This document shows, in pieces, positions 44,890-54,935 of a DNA stretch of 64,000 bases. Location of the stretch: assembly GCA_000091205.1 (NCBI GenBank), contig AP006494.2; one strand, written 5' to 3'. A program made the translations under genes and the position numbers. Under the pieces are notes generated by a model, which ran no database searches, was not told where the DNA came from, and worked only from the letters and a program-made list of their open reading frames with translations. Numbering within the stretch: position 1 is the first letter of the stretch; the number at the start of each line of letters is the position of its first letter. Origin of the DNA: Cyanidioschyzon merolae (taxonomy: Eukaryota).

Positions 44890-46959
44890 ATGATGCCCTG
44901 CGTTCGTATGAGGCGTTCGTTTTCGAAAATAGCGCTGTGTTCCGCTGCGGCTTTTGTTTCGTCTGCAACGGTGCTGTTGCTTGGCGGGTATGACTCGCGA
45001 TGGTACACCCCTTTGGTTGCGAGAGCGCACTCGGCTAGCGTGGCGTCTGTGGACCACGGGCCGTTGCCGGTGCTCGAGACGCCACCGCGTCGTCACGCGC
45101 AGCTGCGAGTGTTAAAAGAGAGCGGCATGCGTTATGAATCTGTCCAAAAACGGAAAGCCGAAGCTGGAGGCGACGGCTCATCAAAAGAGGCTATGAGTGC
45201 AGTGGTACCGAGCGCTTTGCCGGAAGACGGCCTCTTCGATATTCTCGTCGTTGGTGGCGGCGCGACCGGCTCCGGCGTTGCACTCGACGCAACGCTCCGT
45301 GGACTCCGAGTTGCTCTAGTAGAGCGGAACGATTTCGCGTCTGGCACGTCGTCTCGTTCGACGAAACTCATTCATGGTGGTGTCCGGTACTTGGAAAAGG
45401 CGTTCTTTCGTGCTGACCCTGCGCAACTAAAGCTCGTCTTCGAAGCTTTGCATGAGCGAGCGATCATGCTCCGTCAAGCGCCTCACTTGACACAACCGCT
45501 GCCGACGATCCTGCCGTGTTACAAATGGTGGGAGATCCCATTCTATTGGGCTGGGCTCAAGGCCTACGACTTTCTGGCCATCGCAGGCAATGGCGCGCTC
45601 TATATGAGCAAGTTCCTCTCGGCGGCGGAAGCGCGGCGTCAGTTTCCGACCCTTTCAGCGCGCCGTGGCCGGGACGGCGCCACCCTCAAAGGCAGTATTG
45701 TGTACTACGATGGCCAGATGGATGACGCGCGATTCAATGTGACGCTTGCAGTGACGGCGGCGCTACACGGGGCAGTGATTGCAAATCACACTGAAGTTTC
45801 GGGCTTGATCAAGGATGCCTCAACTGGAAAGGTCATTGGCGCAACAGTTCGTGATCGTTTCACCGGAGAAGAATTTCCGGTCTACGCGCGAGTGATTGTG
45901 AACGCAACCGGCCCGTTTGCGGATCGGATACGAGCGATGGACGAGGGACCTGAGGCGCTCGGTCCCCAACGCATGATAGTTCCGTCATCTGGGGTGCACG
46001 TTACTCTGCCCAGTTACTATTCTCCGGAAGGCATGGGTTTGATTGTACCAAAAACGCGCGACGGTCGGGTTGTCTTCATGTTGCCATGGTTGGGATCGAC
46101 AATTGCCGGCACCACGGATTCAAGCACGGAGATTACGGACATGCCACGTCCGCATGAGGCGGAGATTGAGTTTATCTTAGACGCGCTTCGTGATTATCTG
46201 AACGTGGAAGTGCGTCGAAAGGATGTTCAGAGCGCATGGAGTGGTATTCGACCGCTTGCAATAGACCCCAAAGCGAAGGACACACAGAATATCCTTCGTG
46301 AGCACACAGTCCACGTCTCTGGCTCGGGTCTGCTGACCATCGCGGGTGGCAAATGGACGACTTACCGAAAAATGGCACAGGACACTGTGGATACTGCTAT
46401 CAAAGTTGCAATGTTGGAGTCTCGCGTGAAGCACAAGTGCTTGACAGAGAAGGTCATCCTCACCGGAGGTCATACTTATGACCCGTCGTATTTCGCTTTT
46501 CTCACGCAGCACTATGAAAGAGTGAAATACTCTGTCAGTAAGGGTGCCAAACTCCAGACCACGACGCTGGACGTAGACATAGCGCAACATCTTGCTCGAG
46601 CCTACGGAGATCAAGCTTACAAGATCTGCGATATTGCGAGCAGGGAAGATGCTGGTTACGGCAAACGCATTGCGCATGGCTACCCGTATATTGAAGCAGA
46701 GGTCGTGTACGCAGCTGAAAACGAATACTGTGAGACAGCCCAGGACTTTTTGGCGAGACGCTCGCGTCTTGCGTTTCTGAACGCCCGGGCGGCGAAAGAG
46801 GCGCTTCCCCGCATCGCTGAGATTCTCGCTGAGATCCACGGCTGGAGTCGCACCCGCTTGCAGACGGAAATGAAGGAGGCAATGGAGTTTCTCGAGACGT
46901 TTGAGTCCGGTCGTACGACTGGTGAGGTCGGTGAACAGGTTGAAGCAGTGGCCGCATAA
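44890..46959 (+). CDS. FAD-dependent glycerol-3-phosphate dehydrogenase (mitochondrial GPD2/GUT2-like)
   Basis: An N-terminal presequence is followed by DILVVGGGATGSGVALDATLRGLRVALVERNDFASGTSSRSTKLIHGGVRYLE and the C-terminal G3P-oxidase domain. The ORF track fuses it in-frame to the Fanzor 3' end. The start is placed at the first Met after the element, and MRRSF at 44911 is an alternative. Confidence 0.85.
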   Translation: MMPCVRMRRSFSKIALCSAAAFVSSATVLLLGGYDSRWYTPLVARAHSASVASVDHGPLPVLETPPRRHAQLRVLKESGMRYESVQKRKAEAGGDGSSKEAMSAVVPSALPEDGLFDILVVGGGATGSGVALDATLRGLRVALVERNDFASGTSSRSTKLIHGGVRYLEKAFFRADPAQLKLVFEALHERAIMLRQAPHLTQPLPTILPCYKWWEIPFYWAGLKAYDFLAIAGNGALYMSKFLSAAEARRQFPTLSARRGRDGATLKGSIVYYDGQMDDARFNVTLAVTAALHGAVIANHTEVSGLIKDASTGKVIGATVRDRFTGEEFPVYARVIVNATGPFADRIRAMDEGPEALGPQRMIVPSSGVHVTLPSYYSPEGMGLIVPKTRDGRVVFMLPWLGSTIAGTTDSSTEITDMPRPHEAEIEFILDALRDYLNVEVRRKDVQSAWSGIRPLAIDPKAKDTQNILREHTVHVSGSGLLTIAGGKWTTYRKMAQDTVDTAIKVAMLESRVKHKCLTEKVILTGGHTYDPSYFAFLTQHYERVKYSVSKGAKLQTTTLDVDIAQHLARAYGDQAYKICDIASREDAGYGKRIAHGYPYIEAEVVYAAENEYCETAQDFLARRSRLAFLNARAAKEALPRIAEILAEIHGWSRTRLQTEMKEAMEFLETFESGRTTGEVGEQVEAVAA

Positions 46960-48597
46960 TGACGTGAGCGCAGAGCGTATGTATTTCAAAAGTATCATCT
47001 TCTTGATCGACGAGACTGGCAAGTCACCTTGGTAACTAGGAGCGAGCGCGTGCCCTTTTACCCAGTCCCTGGTTCCAAACTGGAAACGATCGGGCGTACG
47101 GATGGATTTCGTATGCGTTGAACAGCGTCGCTGGTGCTTAGGCTTGGAGCGTTCGTCCTCATGAGCTGCTGAATGCTCTGCGATCAAGATATCTGTAAAC
47201 ATATCGTGCATGAGTGGCTGATCATGCGTGGCACCGAGAGCGCGCTGCAGCTGGATGAACCTGGAATCGACAAGCTGCGGTCTAGCTTGCACGCGGTGCC
47301 GCGCTAGAGTATCCTGGGTTCTTGGCAGCTCTCGAAACTGAGTTTGTACTGGACGGGAGACTCCCGAAGGCGGACACGTTAAGAAAAAGTAGCTCGCTGG
47401 CTGTACCGGACATTGACACTGCTTTTCCTGTTTCTCAGTGCCAAGAAACGAGTAATAGACAATAACGCGCATTTCCCTGAGTTGCTATCGTGGTTTTCGG
47501 CACCAGGCTGAGCCGACGGCTGAACACACGAGCACGACAGTTGACCCTGCTCCCAGAATCCTGTGCATCGATGCATCACCGCTGCGCTGCGCACTTGTTC
47601 GCCATCATTTCTTCTCGGGATCGAGCGCATTCCCAGGCGCATCTTTCGCTTGAACATGCCAGTCGCAGTGCAGTAACGAAACTGCATGAAATGGACGCGC
47701 ATGGGAAGCGCGATGTTCACGAGAGCGTCGTCACGCGCTGCGCCTTGTCAAAGGCAGATGCGATCAGTAACGCGACAAACGTTTTACGATCGTGGAGTAT
47801 GTCTATATATGTGTAGACCCGCCCCTAGACGCCCCCCGGCCTTTTGCGACCGGTCTCCTGTTATCCGCTTCAGTCTATGCAGACACACTTCGCGCCTGAG
47901 AGGCTACACCATGGAGTTGGATGGACCCAGCTCCTTGGGTCTCGTCTACAGAATCACACATCCTCTGATACCGATTGCGGCGTTGACTGCTCTACGTTCA
48001 CGAAGTCCTTGCGTGCAGTTCTGTTAGTTGAACTCACTATTGCAAGGGTTGCGAGGACATGTGCCCTCTGTGCCACTACAGTCTCCTGTACCTCCACTGT
48101 TCTTCTTCTTGTTTGTCACTTGCTCTCCTTGGCTCTATGGTCGGCGAGTAGAGGATTTTTCGGTTTTTTAATCGAACCCGGCGCCACCGGGCCTCCATGA
48201 TCTTTGACTTTTATATTTGTAACTTTCACTTAGATTATTTATTCTTTTTAAATGAACGCACTTCGAGAGCATCTGTTATAAACCGCGACAAAGAACTTGG
48301 TGACGCGCATCTGAGGGATGGAACACAATTCAGATGAAAGACCGCAAGTGTGCACAACGAGTGCAGTTCGTTTGTGCGCGGGGCCCTTTGGAGGTAACTG
48401 GTACAATATGTATTCTTTTCTTGCGTATTTCAGAGCAAACGATATGTCTGTTCGCACCATCGCATCCGCGCATGCGCCTTCGCGGAATACCGGGTTCAGA
48501 AGCTCTTCTCCTTTATCTTTTGGGACGAAATAGACAACTCTTCTAGTCTTTTAACTCAGTTTTGGTCCGCGCACGCTGAATGGAATAGAATGCTATT

Positions 48598-50035
48598 TGG
48601 TAGTGGATAGCACGAGATCGACGTCAAGATGCAATGCACCCTATAGATCGCAGACGAATTCAGTATAGGATATGTATTCTATGCTGACCAGTACACGGAG
48701 CACTGGATTCCTCTTTAAGATCAGTGATACTACAGTACTCTGATGGTTGAGGAACACTGAACGAAAGAAGTGCATGCGCTCTGGGACAAGAACCAATATG
48801 CCCACGGCGTGCTTGCGATCAATGCTAGGAAACGACCCGTTGATCACTTTAGGGAACGTAAAAGTGCCGATCGTAGTCGCCACGGGCGTCTCTGTTTCTC
48901 AAAGGCTTGTTTGCGTGCTCCTGGAAACACCGGGATACAGTCGCCTAGAAGAATCCCAGCTCACTCACTACCACCATCCACCGAAAGCTGAACGACAGCG
49001 TTACGGGAGCGTTGCGATCTGTGTAGAGTACAGGGACGTCGATGGGTCCCAGTCGATGAGACATCCCTCGGAAGATACCATCGAAGCGTATAAGGATATT
49101 CGTGGAGCAGGGCACCTATTGTGCGCACCATCAAACTCGAAGAGACTAACGACATCATCGACTTTTCTAGCAGCAGTGGACTCATTTGGCAGCCTCACTT
49201 TCGCTGCTAGAGAAGCTCCATCTAACAGCACCAAACTCTTTGCCGAATCATTGAAGACTTTTCCCTGACGTCCGGCGACGTCATTCTATTAAACAACATG
49301 GAATTTTACCATTCCACTTGCGTCCGAGTATTTGCCCGTACTCTCGAAGTGTAGAGCTGGTTTTCACACCCGAGTACGCTCCATGCTTCAACCCATCGAA
49401 GGAGTGTTTTCTGCTGTGAAACGTAATGATCGCTCCATCGGGCGAATTGCTGACGCGTTCTCAGCGCACGGCGACGCGGGGACACATGTGGCCTCTCTTG
49501 CACAAGTCCTACCTCCTCCGGTGATGTCCTCACCGACGAGCATAGACAAGTGCGTTCATTTGAAGAAATAAAAAATCCAAGGGAAAGTCATGTAAATGGA
49601 AATCGAAGATCCTAGAGAGGCATCATCGCCGAGTTCGACAAAAAAATCCTCTTCTCGCCAAACATCAAGCGAAGAAGAACGACTGAGAAAGGAGAAAAAG
49701 AAGAAGAAGGCAGGAGATAGACCAGAGAAATGCTTGCCTAACCAGGCGATGACGAGATTGTGGCGCCACAGCGAGCACGACTTCTAGCAATCCTTGCATT
49801 GGTGAGTTCAACCGGCGTCAATGCACGCAAAGAGCTCGTGAACCGAGAATTCAACGTCGCCATCAGTATCAGACGATTTTTGGTGCTGAAAACGAGACCC
49901 ACGGAGCTAATGCGATCCAACTTCGTGGGCAGCCCCTCAACTTCGAAGAAATACCTGAATAAACTGAAACCGATTGCAGGCGGGCGGGGGGTCAGAAAAT
50001 GCCCGGAGGCGTCTACATGCGGGTATCTATATTTA
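48598..50035 (+). mobile_element. non-autonomous Fanzor-family element, copy #5
   Basis: It is collinear with copy #1 throughout. The 5' block lies at 49520-49700 and the 3' block at 49835-50035, with ELVNREFNVAISIRRFLVLKTRPTELMRSNFVG. The terminus is ggcgtctacatgcgggtatctatattta. Confidence 0.75.
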
Positions 50036-50273
50036 CTCTCTGTGGTCTTGAAACGTTTACCGTTTCAATGCTCACACATATTGCAACAGCCATATCGCGT
50101 CATCGCACAGGCGATGTGTCCATCGGCAACGCCTAGCTGTTGATCAAACGATCCGGCGGGCGCGATATGCCACCCTCGGAGTGCGATCAAACATCCAGGC
50201 TCACAGGCGGACGCTGCGAGTGTACTTCCCTCGCAAGCCGCTGAGGTGTGCCTAGCGCTCGCTTTGAAGCAGT

Positions 50274-51413
50274 ATGCAGCCCAAAGGATTATTGCGAATA
50301 TATCGCAAGTTCTGCACAACCGTGACGTCACCGGTGGGGTCTACAGCTAGCACCGTGCCAAACTGGGAAAAAGTTGTTACGGACGCCCTGGATCCTCATG
50401 TTCAGGTTCGCTCAGACTGGAGTAGAAGAGACGTAGAGGAAACCTATTGGCAGCCGTTGCACCAATTGATCTTCCAGGCAGCCGCAGTTCATCGTGTTGC
50501 TTTCAAGGCTAACCAGGTGCAAAAGTGCACACTGCTGTCCATCAAGACCGGAGGATGCCCGGAAACCTGCAAGTACTGCTCCCAGTCTGCGGCGTACAAA
50601 ACGGACGTGAAGGCAGAGCCGCTTATGCAGGTCGAAGAGGTGCTTCGCGAGGCGCGCCTTGCGAAGGAGCGAGGCTCGACGCGTTTCTGTATGGGAGCAG
50701 CGTGGCGAGGCCCAGCACAGGTGGGTCCCCGTCAGTTCCAGCGGGTGCTCGACATGGTCCAGGGCGTGCGGGCGCTGGGCCTTGAAGTATGCGCCACACT
50801 CGGGTTGCTGAACGCTGAGCAAGCAAAGGCGCTGAAAGAGGCAGGCTTGACGGCTTACAATCATAACCTGGACACAAGCCGAGAATTCTACAGCACCATC
50901 ATCTCCTCACGGTCGTTTGAGGACAGGCTTGCAACTATTAGGCATGTTCGAGCCGCTGGCATTCAGGTCTGCTGCGGCGGAATTCTTGGCCTCGGTGAAT
51001 CCCACGCCGATCGCATCTCGCTCCTGCAAACGCTGGCGACGATGCAACCCCATCCCGAGTCTGTTCCGGTGAATATGCTTGTGCCGAGCAAGGGCACGCC
51101 ACTGGAAAGTTCGCAACCGATTCCGTTCTGGGACTTGTGTCGTATGATCGCTACAGCTCGTATCCTTATGCCAGCGAGCATGGTACGCCTCAGTGCGGGT
51201 CGTATTTCGCTATCAGAAGCGGAGCAAATGATTTGCTTCATGGCGGGTGCGAATAGCATTTTCACGGGCGAGAAACTGCTCACCACCCCGAACAATGATC
51301 TTACAGAGGATGACGCTATGTTCAGACGCCTCGGTTTTGAGGGAAAACCACCGTTCGTTGAAACACGACGAATACCGTCCTCTGCGAAGCCGCAGATTTC
51401 CCTAAGCCAGTAG
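50274..51413 (+). CDS. bioB: biotin synthase (radical SAM)
   Basis: The radical SAM cluster motif is CPETCKYCSQS. Conserved BioB blocks GAAWRGP, VCATLG, YNHNLDTS and CCGGILGLGES are present. Confidence 0.9.
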   Translation: MQPKGLLRIYRKFCTTVTSPVGSTASTVPNWEKVVTDALDPHVQVRSDWSRRDVEETYWQPLHQLIFQAAAVHRVAFKANQVQKCTLLSIKTGGCPETCKYCSQSAAYKTDVKAEPLMQVEEVLREARLAKERGSTRFCMGAAWRGPAQVGPRQFQRVLDMVQGVRALGLEVCATLGLLNAEQAKALKEAGLTAYNHNLDTSREFYSTIISSRSFEDRLATIRHVRAAGIQVCCGGILGLGESHADRISLLQTLATMQPHPESVPVNMLVPSKGTPLESSQPIPFWDLCRMIATARILMPASMVRLSAGRISLSEAEQMICFMAGANSIFTGEKLLTTPNNDLTEDDAMFRRLGFEGKPPFVETRRIPSSAKPQISLSQ

Positions 51414-51747
51414 GTGCACTTAAAGATGCTCTGAATACAACAACCGCTATCCTGTTGGGCAAGAACGGCTCGCAGGAGCGAAGCGGTCGCGCGAAAAGCA
51501 CTGGTTCTGTAGACCTTGTGGGATCCCCGGCAATACAGAACCCGGAGTGCGTCGCCCGCTGGTGTCGTAAACAACGCGGCCCTCGAGATGTTCCAGAGGT
51601 TTACGGCGAGAGCTGCTTGCCGGTCGTTTTCCGTAGGCCGACCCGGCAATGCTGCTCAATGCAATGAACAGAGATTCAATTCTAGTTTGAGGGTTATACA
51701 AGGTGTACGTCGCTGCAGCACAGCTGGAACGAGTCCATGCAGTGGCA

Positions 51748-51790
51748 GCGTCCGCGAGGCGTCCGCGAGGCGTCCGCGAGGCGTTCGCGA
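51748..51790. repeat. 11-bp tandem repeat (GGCGTCCGCGA) x ~4
   Basis: Direct reading. It lies in the short interval between the bioB and Nudix gene 3' ends. Confidence 0.85.
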
Positions 51791-51814
51791 TGGGCGGCAG
51801 GCAGGCCGCTTCCA

Positions 51815-53596
51815 TTACTGATGCGATGCCATTCTTTGACGGAGTGCTGATTCCTCAAACGTCGTCGAGTCCAAATCGTTGATAAAGCTCTCTATCGGAG
51901 GTGACGTGGAACGATTGACGCTGATATCGGGCAGACGTAACGGATTGGCGGTGTCGCCCACCGAGGCATGCGGGCTCTCCGTTGTTGAGGCGCTTGTGAC
52001 GTTGCCGGATGGATCTGGGGAGCTCGACCAGGTGCGATTTTCACTAGAATGCACGGATTCGCCGTCGTTGACTTCCTGTCGCACGGTGGATTCCGCATTC
52101 GCAGGCAACCTGCTTTCTGAGGTTTCAGATGCCGCTGCTATCATCTTTGAGCTGTTGTTGGCTTCTTGCTTTTCGATGAATGTGCGTAATGCGATCAGCG
52201 TATCTTCGGTGAAGATTCGCCCGCCACTTTGAGACATGACATCGTCAATACTGACGAGTTCAACGAACTCGACCTCTTCAGCTTGCGGCCTGATTCGCTG
52301 TCGCGGCTCTTCGAAAGGATCAAAAATGGCCACGTAGACCTGGCCAAACACTCGCGTCAGGTCCGACTCATATCGGATTGGTCCGACCGGCTCGAGCGCC
52401 AAATCAAGGCCGAGCTCCTCGGCGAGCTCTCGTCGGGCTGACTCTTCGTAGCTCTCACCTGCCTGAACAACACCGCCTGCTGCTGCATCATACATGCCGG
52501 GATGAATGTCTTTGGTTGGTGTGCGCTTCTGAATGTAGATTCTATCTCTCTCCGGATTCAACACCAGGACGTAGGTGGCACGATGCCATAGATTCTCTCG
52601 CCGCATTTCAGCCCTGGTCACGACCCGAAGCGGTTCATTGAACTCGTTCGTTACAATGACGCGCTCGCGACTAGCCTCTAACGCAGCATCCCTTCCAGCC
52701 GAGACGTTCGCTGCAGGGGGTTCTTGCCAAGCGGAGCTACTAAACAAAGAAGCTGACAGAAGATTCGATGCCCTGGTACTTTCATCAAGACTGTCGCTTG
52801 TGCCATGTTTGGTCCATTCCAGGGCCATGGAGCGCTGCTCTACCTCCGTCAGCGTTACGCTGGCATCGCCATCGCCCTGCCTCAGGAGAGAAATAGACTG
52901 CTGCTCTGACTCTATAACTGAAACAAGTCGACTTTTTGACGTCGACTCCCAAGTTTCCTCTTTTCCTTGGGATCCAAATCCAGTATCCTGTGACTCGTTC
53001 TCAACAGCTGCGCTATGCCGAAGCGCTGAACCTGATGCGTCAACCTGAAGGCCCGTAGAACGCTCTGGAAATGTCTCAGGAACGAGCTCCTTTCCTGCGG
53101 TGGAAGCATCCGACTCTGGCACCGAAGGTCGTCTCTCACCAACAAGAGCATCACTTTGAAGTGCTATTGTTTCCCTCCAGGAAGGACGAGGCTGACCTGC
53201 AGAGCCCGAAAGCGACTCAGATGAGGTCGCCAGCAGCTCGCTCGAATCACTCGGATACGCAGCAGAAACGTCCTGGCTCGCTGAGCTAACGTTAGCCGAG
53301 GCCTGGTCGTCAGAAACGGCTTCGCTGCGCCGACGCTCGCGGCGGTTACGGTCCCACCGTCTGGCCTCCCGGAGTAACCAGACAACAGCGAGAAACCCCA
53401 CTACACTCGTGAAGCTTCCGCGTTGTCTTTGGCGGCTGGGCCCCGTCGACTGTCCCCGCTCTGAACTTTCCTGACCTCCGCGCCGTTGTTTCCGTTTCCT
53501 TGCCCTATGTGTACTTGTCCCAGCGGCAGCAGCAGCAGCAGCGTTGTCTGGCTCTTTCTGTGCTTGCGAGCGGTTATCGTTCTCCATAAGGCTCAC
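51815..53596 (-). CDS. Nudix hydrolase domain protein with long low-complexity N-terminal region
   Basis: The Nudix box is GGVVQAGESYEESARRELAEELGL, within a ~150 aa Nudix fold near the C-terminus. The N-terminus has poly-Ala from a (CAG)n tract at about 53521-53546, plus an S/E-rich region. Confidence 0.65.
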   Translation of the reverse strand: MSLMENDNRSQAQKEPDNAAAAAAAGTSTHRARKRKQRRGGQESSERGQSTGPSRQRQRGSFTSVVGFLAVVWLLREARRWDRNRRERRRSEAVSDDQASANVSSASQDVSAAYPSDSSELLATSSESLSGSAGQPRPSWRETIALQSDALVGERRPSVPESDASTAGKELVPETFPERSTGLQVDASGSALRHSAAVENESQDTGFGSQGKEETWESTSKSRLVSVIESEQQSISLLRQGDGDASVTLTEVEQRSMALEWTKHGTSDSLDESTRASNLLSASLFSSSAWQEPPAANVSAGRDAALEASRERVIVTNEFNEPLRVVTRAEMRRENLWHRATYVLVLNPERDRIYIQKRTPTKDIHPGMYDAAAGGVVQAGESYEESARRELAEELGLDLALEPVGPIRYESDLTRVFGQVYVAIFDPFEEPRQRIRPQAEEVEFVELVSIDDVMSQSGGRIFTEDTLIALRTFIEKQEANNSSKMIAAASETSESRLPANAESTVRQEVNDGESVHSSENRTWSSSPDPSGNVTSASTTESPHASVGDTANPLRLPDISVNRSTSPPIESFINDLDSTTFEESALRQRMASHQ

Positions 53597-54067
53597 GAGT
53601 TCAACAGATATGCGCAGCTCGTGCGCCCGATTTCGAATTGAAACGCTCCGAGATTCCGTTCTGCGGTGCTGTGCCCGGCGCCGCCCGGTACCCCTTTACG
53701 TGTGTCGACCCGGCGGCCGTTCAGGCGCTGCAAAGCGGGTGCATCTCTCCAGGGCACCGGATTTCCCTGTTTCGCAGTTTGTTGACACCCAGAAGGGATG
53801 TTTCCGTTTGGTCGCTTGATATCAGCGCTCGGAGTAGCATCCATCGTTCCTCGCCCTACTTCCAAATTCCACTACCGACAGTCGCCCTCAGAGGTGCTGG
53901 TGATTTTCCACCTTATATCGTGCGTCAAGTGCCCGTCGTGAGCGGCCTCGATAGCCTGTATAGCGCAAGCGCGAATACAGTACGTAAACGGAACGGCTTT
54001 GTCATACTGCTGAAGGCGTGGGCTCGAAGTACAGGGAGCGGGATGCACCACCGAGGCAGGCGTCTGC

Positions 54068-54195
54068 CGTGGGCTCAGTATCCGCAGGAACGCTGAACAA
54101 ATTGAAGCCCCGTTTCCGCAGGCAAATACTGTGCTGAAGGCTTAGGCTCAGCATCCGCAGGAACGCTGAACAAATTGAAGCCCCGTTTCCATGGA
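54068..54195. repeat. two ~48-bp direct repeats (..catccgcaggaacgctgaacaaattgaagccccgtttcc..) separated by ~35 bp
   Basis: Direct reading of 54068-54115 and 54150-54195. Intergenic, upstream of the RING-protein gene. Confidence 0.8.
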
Positions 54196-54935
54196 GAAAC
54201 ACCGCGGTCAATCCAGATATACGAATTAGGCAACCCCGAGTGACGGCGGGCGCTTCTGTCGTGTCCGGTGGCCTGGTGAACCTCCGAAGAAACCTGGGTG
54301 GATGACTCAGTATTGCGCCACGAAACGCGGCAGCAACGTGTTGGCAGCGGCGGTACTCGTTGGAGGCAACTCTTGAGAGCAGCGTTGCCGGTTTTCTATC
54401 CATGCGCGTCGTGAAACCATCGAGCTGTGCAGTTCACCAGGAAACGGCAAGAATATACGAAATCGAAAAGTTTATGCAGGCGTGCTTTCTGTACTAGTCT
54501 TTCGGATGTAGTGCGGGCAGCGCGATGACCGTCGCTCTCTCTGCTGGGCAGCTGCCGCGGCGCATCTGCACTGAACTGCTTGCTCACACGCTGGGTGACG
54601 CCTCGACGAAGGATGCAGCTGCGCTTCCGTGACTGAAAGGCCACCGACTGCAGCGATCGAGTCGTGCGCTAGTGCATTTGCGTGACGCCCCAAGCTCAGC
54701 GCTGAATACATCATTAGGTTTCTTGGCAGACATGGTCAGCCATTTGTGCACAGGCTCATTGAGATCGAAATCGCAGGTGTCAACCGCGCGCTCATTTGCC
54801 GCCAAATACAGGCGCGTGGTGCGGTCGCCAGACGAGTGCTGGAGCAAGCAGCAGCTCGCAGGGGGAGCTCACGGATCAGGCGCTTCTCCAGTCGCCACTT
54901 TGCTGGTGTCAGTATAACAGCAGGATCAAAGGAAA

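Larger units (their letters stand above)
42115..44905 (+). mobile_element. Fanzor (eukaryotic TnpB-like) element, long copy B
   Basis: The left region is homologous to copy A. The coding body contains the RuvC-I motif, a Zn-finger region and RuvC-III. The conserved 3' block extends to about 44905, shared with fragment #4, and abuts the ATG of the G3PDH gene. Confidence 0.8.

Noticed and set aside
44554-44890. ORF-track fusion of the Fanzor C-terminus (MEFVNRDFNAAINI...) to the G3PDH reading frame
   Set aside because: The fusion exists only because no stop intervenes. The first 110 codons are homologous to the 3' ends of the other Fanzor copies, while G3PDH homology, including a mitochondrial presequence, begins at about 44890.
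46177-47472. 431-aa minus-strand ORF
   Set aside because: It lies mostly antisense to the well-supported G3PDH coding sequence. Long antisense ORFs are expected in GC-rich coding DNA, and it has no motifs.
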